Program-made: the position numbers and the translations under genes
Shown here: piece after piece, positions 57,259 through 64,000 of the stretch
Layout of the letters: each line of letters starts with the position of its first letter
Position numbering within the stretch: the first letter of the stretch is position 1
Notes under the pieces: generated by a model
Told to the model about the DNA's origin: nothing
Database searches by the model: none
The model's input: the letters and a program-made list of their open reading frames with translations, nothing else
DNA from: a virus
Lineage: Duplodnaviria > Caudoviricetes
Strand: one strand, 5' to 3'
Virus record (IMG/VR): IMGVR_UViG_3300029258_003380
Coordinates: 33,967 to 97,966 of that record
DNA: 64,000 nucleotides

Positions 57259-58719
57259 ATGAGTCTCATATACCAACCTAGCCAGTTTCAACGGCACCTG
57301 TGGAATGACTATACAATGGCTGACCAGGACGCGGCACGGGCCGAATCCGATGGTCGCGCTCGATACGAAGCATTTCCTGACTGGGCAGCTGAGATGTTTC
57401 ATTACTTTCACGCGGACACACCAGACAGGATGGAGACCCCCGCACCAGGATCGGATGTTTTCCAGCGATTCGATGCTGCGATGCAAGATGTTCCAGAGGT
57501 CACGGATCTGCGGGCACAGACCGTTGGCAACGATACATGGGCAGGCGTGGTTACAACATCAATGATAGATGACCTGTTGAAAAATGTGGCAGCACCAGAT
57601 GCACAGGTCGAGGACGTCAGGGAGGATGCTGCGACCGCAGATTATCTGGAACGACTATTAGCCGATGCGGACCACAGGGGAGACGAAGAAGAATGTGAAG
57701 CCATTGAAGACGCATTGGACGAGATGTATGGTGAAATGGAGAAAAAGGGCGCCGCAGCAAGCGAGGAAGCAGATCTCTTAGATATGACCAACGTACGACA
57801 GGCGCTGAGGAATGCAGCTGCAAACGCATCCGAGCAGATAGCACAGATGCAGGCGATGATCGATTCGTATGGTGTTGGCCTGGACAAGCACAGTGGACGC
57901 AAAGCTCAGATGGAGGCAGGAAGAAAACTGTCCAAGTTGGTTGGAGACAATGAACGACTTCGTAAGATAGCAGAACTTGCCGGCCGTCTTCGCAGGATCG
58001 CATCGGAACAACAACGACGTAAGCCTAGGTTTGGTGCGGGTGAGCGAGTGGGGCGGAAGTTTTCCAACGATCTCGGCAACCTGTGTTTCAGGGAGTTGGT
58101 GTACGGGGCCCCGGGGATGAGACATGTATTCGCAGCAAAATATGCGGAGAGCAACTTGGCGTGTAACGAGAAAGCCGACAAGCAGAAAGATCACAAGGGT
58201 CCGATTGTTATGTGTTTGGATTCGTCTGGATCCATGATGGCTGGAGACGCAGATGTGTGGGCTGCAGCGGTTTGTCTGGCATTTATGCAGGTAGCGAAGG
58301 AGCAGGATCGAGGATTTGCAATCGTACACTTTGGCAGTTCTGTTTTGCGTGTTGACAAGTTTCCCGGGAAAGATGCGATGACGCCAGAGGCAATAACGGA
58401 CGCGGTAAACTTTTTCGCAGCCGATGGTGGAACGAACTTCATGCGTAGTCTGGACTGTGCCGTGGATGTCATTCGGGAGCAGGGCGAGTTCAAGCAGGCA
58501 GATATAGTAATGGTGACGGACGGCCGATGCAGTATCTCGCCCCAGTGGAAGATCAAGTGGAATCGTAATCGTGATGAGTTGGACTTCAGATGTCACTCGA
58601 TTCTAGTAGGCACAGCCACAAGAAAAGAAATAAATGAGTCATTCAGTGACGAGACAGTTGTGTTGCAAGATGCAATGCGAGACGAGCATGACATGCATCA
58701 CATTTTTGGAAAAGTGTAG
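57259..58719 (+). CDS. VWA-domain protein (ViaA-like)
   Basis: MIDAS: KGPIVMCLDSSGSM...GGTNF...ADIVMVTDG. Confidence 0.92.
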   Translation: MSLIYQPSQFQRHLWNDYTMADQDAARAESDGRARYEAFPDWAAEMFHYFHADTPDRMETPAPGSDVFQRFDAAMQDVPEVTDLRAQTVGNDTWAGVVTTSMIDDLLKNVAAPDAQVEDVREDAATADYLERLLADADHRGDEEECEAIEDALDEMYGEMEKKGAAASEEADLLDMTNVRQALRNAAANASEQIAQMQAMIDSYGVGLDKHSGRKAQMEAGRKLSKLVGDNERLRKIAELAGRLRRIASEQQRRKPRFGAGERVGRKFSNDLGNLCFRELVYGAPGMRHVFAAKYAESNLACNEKADKQKDHKGPIVMCLDSSGSMMAGDADVWAAAVCLAFMQVAKEQDRGFAIVHFGSSVLRVDKFPGKDAMTPEAITDAVNFFAADGGTNFMRSLDCAVDVIREQGEFKQADIVMVTDGRCSISPQWKIKWNRNRDELDFRCHSILVGTATRKEINESFSDETVVLQDAMRDEHDMHHIFGKV

Positions 58720-58734
58720 TGATAAGGAGGTCGT

Positions 58735-59043
58735 ATGCCAAGTAAAAATGATGCCGAGATTGCGGCTAGGAAAATCGAAATCCTAGCCGAACTCATCAGT
58801 GGCAACCGAATCAATGGGAAGGATGGGGCGACCGTTATTAATAGGGTTTTCGAGCAATACATAAAAGCAGTTGTCGAGGGGGTTCATGCTTCTGCCAAGG
58901 ATCATGCCAGGGTTGTGTACGGTCTGGGTGTGGGACTCGATGCTGCACTGAAGGCCTTGAAACGCAAATCTCCCGTGATGGTTCGGTATATTGACGGCAA
59001 TGCCCTTATGACATGGATCATGGAGCCAGACGATGAATCATAG
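58735..59043 (+). CDS. Hypothetical protein
   Basis: AAGGAGG RBS; 102 aa. Confidence 0.7.
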   Translation: MPSKNDAEIAARKIEILAELISGNRINGKDGATVINRVFEQYIKAVVEGVHASAKDHARVVYGLGVGLDAALKALKRKSPVMVRYIDGNALMTWIMEPDDES

Positions 59044-59071
59044 GGTGTTTTGTAAAATGTCACAAAAAACA

Positions 59072-59100
59072 CTGACACGTCGACAGAATAGTGTTATACA
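59072..59100 (+). promoter_or_regulatory. Early promoter/operator copy 4
   Basis: CTGACA-N17-TATACA containing ACACGT-N8-TAGTGT. Confidence 0.55.
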
Positions 59101-59148
59101 CTAGAATAATTGGACGTGTGTCCGGAAACATGGAAGGAGAAAAGAAGA

Positions 59149-59403
59149 ATGAGTAAGGTGAATCAATTCAAGGCGAGGGTAGAGTTGCTGTGTAAGAAGC
59201 GCGGATGGACGCTGCGTGAACTAGCCCGTCAGATGGACAAGAGCCCACAAGGGCTTCACGACGTTTTGCAGCGTGGGGATCCGAAGGCATCTCTGTTACG
59301 CGAGTTTGGCCAAGTACTCGATGTGGGGCCAGACGAATTGCTGGAAGACGTTAGTCCCGCAGAATACGGCGAGGAGTTCATGCCGACGATGGACGAGGAG
59401 TAG
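59149..59403 (+). CDS. Cro/CI-type HTH transcriptional regulator
   Basis: RGWTLRELARQMDKSPQGLHDVLQRGDP; AAGGAG RBS. Confidence 0.88.
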   Translation: MSKVNQFKARVELLCKKRGWTLRELARQMDKSPQGLHDVLQRGDPKASLLREFGQVLDVGPDELLEDVSPAEYGEEFMPTMDEE

Positions 59404-59440
59404 TTAATCGGCCGCAGCCAATGGTCGAGAGGAGGCACAA

Positions 59441-60613
59441 GTGGAGACTCCGACACGTCCGCCTGAGCGGCGGACAAAGGATATGTTGACAACGTTGGCA
59501 ACCTGCCCGCGTAGATACAAAATCGAGTACGAAGACAACTACAGGTTGAAGGGACGGCGTCCACCACCATGGCCGCCCAACGTCAAACAGATCTTGCGCG
59601 ATGCTCTGCGCGATAGGGACATTGCGGTTGCTAGGGGGCTCAACAAATTTCGCGTACAAGCTGCCGCCAATGCTGTTGTTATGGCATATAACAACGAGTA
59701 CAGACGCACATTGGATACAATGAACACACGCGAGCAGGACAAGTGGACAGATGTTGTTTCCAAAGTGATCGAAGATGCTACGCAGATCTTGGACAACTAT
59801 CAGTACTCAATTCGCGACGCCGGAGACTTTAAATTCATGCTAGGCAGCGATGGCAACCCGCTGGTGGACAGAGTTGTTGAGCATTCGCTTGGTCAGACAG
59901 GTCAGACATTTGCAGCTTGTGTCGACGGGGTTCTAGATCGCGGGCAGCTAGGTGCTGCTGTATTGGTTAGGAAGTTTACATCCAACCCGTATCCAGACGT
60001 AGTTGCCGAAGATGTGGAACTGGACCAGTGGCTTGCAGCTGCTATGTGGTCAGCCACCAAGGCCTCTGATAAAATTGTGACGGCAGCAGTCGTGGAGATT
60101 GTGAGAACAAAACCTCCAGGAATTCCCAGCACGGTCAAATGTCGCCAGTGCTCAGGTACTGGCAATGTACAGTCCAAAGATGAAAACGATACGAAACCTA
60201 TAACATGCGCGGGATGCGGAGGATCCGGGATCGGCGGCATGTCAAAGAAGGCGTGTGACACAACACTCGAGAAGTGGAACGCAACGGTGAAGCATTCCAA
60301 ACTGGATCTCAACGCAGAGAATGAGCGATGTGCGTCTATCGTAAAGCGCCTCGAGGAGCGTGGTGAGACTTTCGTTTACAGAGTTGTTGTTGAATCGTCT
60401 GTACAACAGATCAAGCAGTGGACCATGGACGTCGATGCGATGCTCGGCGTCGAGGATCACTATCGTAGTGCCAGGGTATGGCCTCGGAATGGTGCGGCAT
60501 GTGTCTCTCGTTTCGGTGCATGTCCGTATCGCAACGCATGTAGTACGCCAGATGGTGGAACTGAGATGGCAACGTTTATTAAACACAATGTTCTATTCCC
60601 AGGTATTGGGTAG
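59441..60613 (+). CDS. PD-(D/E)XK (Cas4/AddB-like) protein with DnaJ-type Zn-finger insert, catalytic motif degenerate
   Basis: TCPRRY and C-terminal C...CPYRNAC Fe-S ligands; VDGV...VLVRKFTS; CRQCSGTG...CAGCGGSG. Confidence 0.75.
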   Translation: METPTRPPERRTKDMLTTLATCPRRYKIEYEDNYRLKGRRPPPWPPNVKQILRDALRDRDIAVARGLNKFRVQAAANAVVMAYNNEYRRTLDTMNTREQDKWTDVVSKVIEDATQILDNYQYSIRDAGDFKFMLGSDGNPLVDRVVEHSLGQTGQTFAACVDGVLDRGQLGAAVLVRKFTSNPYPDVVAEDVELDQWLAAAMWSATKASDKIVTAAVVEIVRTKPPGIPSTVKCRQCSGTGNVQSKDENDTKPITCAGCGGSGIGGMSKKACDTTLEKWNATVKHSKLDLNAENERCASIVKRLEERGETFVYRVVVESSVQQIKQWTMDVDAMLGVEDHYRSARVWPRNGAACVSRFGACPYRNACSTPDGGTEMATFIKHNVLFPGIG

Positions 60614-60622
60614 GAGGAAACA

Positions 60623-61840
60623 ATGAACGCAAAGGTTGAATGGCTGAAAGGGCGCCAGAAAGGTGTCGGATCTTCTGACTCTCCTATTCTTGCCCTCGGA
60701 GAAGTTTTCAAGAAAACGCCTGTGGATCTATATATCACCAAGAAGAAGACGATCACGGCTGATGATGTTCTTTCCGAAGATGACAATCCACACCTGCGCC
60801 GTGGCAACACATACGAACCACTTGCAGTCGCAATGTACGAGGCACAGGAAGGAATCAAAGTTTACGCACCAGAGACTGATAAGGAGCGATATCACGACTT
60901 CCAGGTATGGGATCCGGACTCGCCAATGTTTGCAGACTTCGATGGTCTGTGTGCCGATGGCTGGGTACTGGAGATCAAAGCTCCGATGCAACGTGTATGT
61001 GACTCGTTCCGCACGACAGGTATACGGGACTACTACATGATCCAATCGGCTCACCTGGCGCATTGTGCGAACGTGTGCACGTTGCCATTCCTGGGTGACG
61101 AGTGGAAGGGGAAGATCAAGGGCACCAGGGTTGTGATATATGAGTGTGAAAATGTGGACCTCCAGATAATCGAGCTACCCATAGACGATGATGTAAGCGC
61201 GGTTTTGCAGGATAATGCGCGGAGATTCTGGAACGAAAACGTACTCAAGAGTGTTCCGCCGGCGGCTGCCAAGTTCACACAGCCTACGCTGGAGAAGAAA
61301 GGCAAAGCCGTCTACACACAGATGTCCGGTCAGGCATGGAAAGATGCTGTGGATACGTACAAATTGGCGAAAGAACGAGAACTAGCAGCCAAGGTCGGCA
61401 TGGAGGCGGCCAAGCGAACGATCATGGGTGTCATGGACGATGCGGACCTTGATGCGGTCCAGGTAGGTTTCCACAAATTCCTGAACAAGCAGCAAGCAGG
61501 CCGTAAGACATTCGACAAAAAAGCCCTTCAGGCGGATTACCCAGACATGGATTTGTCCATGTACGAAGTTCAGGGCAAGCCGTTCAAGACGTTTCGATAC
61601 TACGGGCCCAAAGACAGGAAGCAGTCCAAGCATGACGATGTTGGCGCAGAGATTATGACTGTTCAGACCGAACTGATCGAATTTGCTAAATCCAAGTTCG
61701 ATATCGAGGCAGGTGTAGAAACCTTCGACGAGTTGCGTGCCAGGGCAGATCTGTACGCAGCAATGTTGGAGATGGAAATAGGCGAAGTGCGAGACGCTAT
61801 CGAGAAAGCAGCCGATGCGGTCACGCAGAAATTAGGTTAG
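60623..61840 (+). CDS. YqaJ/lambda-exonuclease family recombination nuclease
   Basis: WLKGRQKGVGSSD, RGNTYEP, ADFDGL...VLEIKAP, YMIQ. Confidence 0.9.
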   Translation: MNAKVEWLKGRQKGVGSSDSPILALGEVFKKTPVDLYITKKKTITADDVLSEDDNPHLRRGNTYEPLAVAMYEAQEGIKVYAPETDKERYHDFQVWDPDSPMFADFDGLCADGWVLEIKAPMQRVCDSFRTTGIRDYYMIQSAHLAHCANVCTLPFLGDEWKGKIKGTRVVIYECENVDLQIIELPIDDDVSAVLQDNARRFWNENVLKSVPPAAAKFTQPTLEKKGKAVYTQMSGQAWKDAVDTYKLAKERELAAKVGMEAAKRTIMGVMDDADLDAVQVGFHKFLNKQQAGRKTFDKKALQADYPDMDLSMYEVQGKPFKTFRYYGPKDRKQSKHDDVGAEIMTVQTELIEFAKSKFDIEAGVETFDELRARADLYAAMLEMEIGEVRDAIEKAADAVTQKLG

Positions 61841-61855
61841 GAAAGGAAGAGGCAC

Positions 61856-63076
61856 ATGGCACATCCGAACTACAGAACGATAGAAAAATGGTTGGAGTCA
61901 CAGGGCATTAGGGAGATGATAGACGAATCACTTCCTGACGGTATCTCGACAGATGCGTGGATCAATTCCGCACTGACTCATATTGGCAGCGACAAAGATT
62001 TGCTCGAGGCGGACCCACAGTCAACACTGGGTTCGATTCTTGAAGCATCTACACTTGGTGTTCGGTTCGAGGGACCACTGGGGGAAGCCTACCTCGAGGC
62101 TCGTTCATCCAAGTACAAGGCTGACGACGGTACGTGGCAGTGGCGCAAGCTCACACAGTTGCAGATTCAGTACCGTGGACTAATGAAGTTGGCTCGCCGT
62201 GACCCGTTGGTGCGCAAGGTCGAGGCCATCATTGTTCACGAGAACGATGTCTTTGATCATCGCCTTGGTAGTGATCCATATCTGAATCACACATGGGACG
62301 TCAGGAAACAGCGCGGCAAAATGGTCGCTGTGTACGCAGCACTCAGGTATCACGATGGTTTTTATGATTTCGGTCAGCCGTACCCGATGAGTGCAATATA
62401 CAAGCACAGGGATCGTATTCTTTCAGACAAGAACATTCGTGTTGAGCGCAGGGATGACGGATCCGAGGTGTTCTGGAAGACGTGGAAGGAAGGCAAACCA
62501 GAAGAGGCTATGGCTGACTTTCAGATCCGACGCATTCCCTGGATCACCTATATCGAGGCAATGGCGCAGAAGACCGCTGTACGTTGGAGCGCGAAATTCT
62601 GGGATCTCTCACCTGAGTTTGATAAGGCAGCTGCTTTAGTCAGCCTGGCCGAGTCCAGCAAGGGGCAGTCCATGGTCGATGTTGCGCGCAACGTTGTGGG
62701 CTCGGAAGTTCTAGACGGGCCTGACAGCCCGTCAGGGGGCGCTACAGACGATGCCCAGGTCCAGGGGCGTAGTATCCTCAGAATGGGCACGCTCAAGGAG
62801 AGGATGCTTGCCGAGACAGGTGTGCAGGTCGACGATGCCCCAAGCGAGAATGAACAACGCGTGGAACTGGACGAATCAGAATTGGCACGTAAAGATGCCG
62901 ATGACCAGGCACAAGGCGGCGAATTATCCGAGAAGGACAAAGAGGAGGCTTTGGCGTTGGAGCAGGAAGAAGCTAGGGAGTTTGCCAGACAACAGGAAGA
63001 GCAGGTCAAGCAAGGTGGCAAGTCAAAAAAGAAAAATCCATCGAAAAATACCGGCCGTGGCCGCAGTAACAATTAG
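61856..63076 (+). CDS. recT: RecT-family single-strand annealing protein
   Basis: PLGEAYL, QLQIQYRGLMKLARR, VHENDVF, MAQKTAVR. Confidence 0.9.
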   Translation: MAHPNYRTIEKWLESQGIREMIDESLPDGISTDAWINSALTHIGSDKDLLEADPQSTLGSILEASTLGVRFEGPLGEAYLEARSSKYKADDGTWQWRKLTQLQIQYRGLMKLARRDPLVRKVEAIIVHENDVFDHRLGSDPYLNHTWDVRKQRGKMVAVYAALRYHDGFYDFGQPYPMSAIYKHRDRILSDKNIRVERRDDGSEVFWKTWKEGKPEEAMADFQIRRIPWITYIEAMAQKTAVRWSAKFWDLSPEFDKAAALVSLAESSKGQSMVDVARNVVGSEVLDGPDSPSGGATDDAQVQGRSILRMGTLKERMLAETGVQVDDAPSENEQRVELDESELARKDADDQAQGGELSEKDKEEALALEQEEAREFARQQEEQVKQGGKSKKKNPSKNTGRGRSNN

Positions 63077-63079
63077 GTC

Positions 63080-64000
63080 ATGCGGGACTACAGCATAATA
63101 TCGGGCAGGTTTTGGATTGGTGACACTGGCAAGGAATTGCGTGATGACAGGGACGCCCAAATTCTCGCCATGTACTTAATATCATCACCACATTCGTCAA
63201 TGATTGGGTTGTATTACTGTCCCCTGATGTACATCGTACAGGATACTGGTTTGCAGTTGGACGAAGTGCAGGCGGCAATGGAAACTCTCTGTGATATGGG
63301 ATTTTGTTTGTACGACTACGACACAGAGACTGTGTTTGTGATCGAGATGGCCCGGTTCCAAATAGCAGAAGGATTGGATCCAAAGGATAACAGACGTGTC
63401 GCCGTGACTCGAGAATTAGGAAAAGTGCGCTCCCCGTTTGTGACACTGTTTGTTGACAAGTATGGAGAGGCATTCCATTTAGATGTCAACAGTTATCCAT
63501 CCTCCCTCAACTGGAAGGTTCCCAAATCCACAATTCTAGCCATTGCAAAGCGCGACGGACGACAATGCGATGGCTGTGGCGCGACAGATGACATTGCAGT
63601 TGATCATGTAGTTGCCAGGATAAATGGGGGGACCAATGACATTCAGAATCTCCATTTTCTATGCAAATCTTGCAACAGTAAAAAGGCAATTATAGATAGA
63701 CGGGTGTTCTGGGAGAATGCGGATGGACAGACCCTTAATAAGGGGGGTCAAACTCAGCCAGACCCCCCCCTTACCAAGGGGGGCAAAACTCAAGAACACC
63801 CCCCCCTTACTAAGGGGGTGAATCCGAAGAATACCCCCCCCTTACCGAGCCAGGATCAGGATCAGGATCAGGATCAGGATCAGGATCAAGAACATAGTAA
63901 GCAGGGTGATGAGGTCAGGCGAGAATCGCCTTCCCTCCTGATACCGGATCCAGTTACTGGTCCACCGCCCCCCCCCAACGGAGCATCGGATAAACTCAAA
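63080..64000 (+). CDS. Phage replication initiator-like protein with internal HNH domain, 3'-truncated
   Basis: Translated by hand, open to window end: MRDYSIISGRFWIGDTGKELR...YLISSPH..MIGLYYCP; RDGRQCDGCG...VDHVV...GGTNDIQNLHFLCKSCNSKK. Confidence 0.85.
   Translation, partial: MRDYSIISGRFWIGDTGKELRDDRDAQILAMYLISSPHSSMIGLYYCPLMYIVQDTGLQLDEVQAAMETLCDMGFCLYDYDTETVFVIEMARFQIAEGLDPKDNRRVAVTRELGKVRSPFVTLFVDKYGEAFHLDVNSYPSSLNWKVPKSTILAIAKRDGRQCDGCGATDDIAVDHVVARINGGTNDIQNLHFLCKSCNSKKAIIDRRVFWENADGQTLNKGGQTQPDPPLTKGGKTQEHPPLTKGVNPKNTPPLPSQDQDQDQDQDQDQEHSKQGDEVRRESPSLLIPDPVTGPPPPPNGASDKLK
63732..63846. repeat. Iteron-like palindromic repeats, probable replication origin
   Basis: CCCTT-N3-AAGGGGG three times plus a half site, spaced 36, 36, 35 bp. 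Confidence 0.75.
63851..63886 (+). repeat. (CAGGAT)6 tandem repeat encoding (QD)6
   Basis: Six exact copies. Confidence 0.95.

Larger units (their letters stand above)
1..64000 (+). mobile_element. Tailed dsDNA phage/prophage with contractile tail (myovirus morphology); both ends lie outside the window
   Basis: Co-oriented terminase, portal, protease, capsid, sheath, tube, tape measure, baseplate, RecT and replication genes; no host housekeeping genes. Confidence 0.97.

Noticed and set aside
63732-63886. Repeats as a possible CRISPR array
   Set aside because: Period only 36 bp, degenerate, inside a coding frame, no cas operon; iteron interpretation fits better
1-64000. Stop-codon reassignment
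   Set aside because: Core genes are full-length under the standard code and end in TAA, TAG and TGA with tight coupling

Overview
The whole 64 kb window is one bacteriophage (or prophage) segment with every credible gene on the + strand. From left to right: (1) ~1-5.5 kb, small accessory ORFs, many with CxxC Zn-binding motifs; (2) ~5.5-22 kb, head/packaging module (ParB-like protein, large terminase, PBSX-type portal, very long MuF minor head protein with a C-terminal HExxH domain, XkdF-type protease, scaffold-like proteins, major capsid), interrupted by an accessory islet holding a fibre-like gene and an unusual 120-nt tRNA-like element; (3) ~23-53 kb, neck and contractile (myovirus) tail: sheath, gp19-type tube, chaperone with a -1 frameshift signal, tape measure, hub/spike/gp25/baseplate J and several large fibre/wedge proteins; (4) ~53-64 kb, early region with four related promoters, a MoxR AAA+/VWA triad, an HTH regulator, two PD-(D/E)XK-family proteins, RecT and a truncated replication initiator carrying an HNH domain and iteron-like repeats. 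The tail gene order recalls Myxococcota/deltaproteobacterial prophages (recollection, not checked). No integrase, endolysin, obvious small terminase or CRISPR array was seen. All calls rest on motifs and synteny read by eye; no database search was run.
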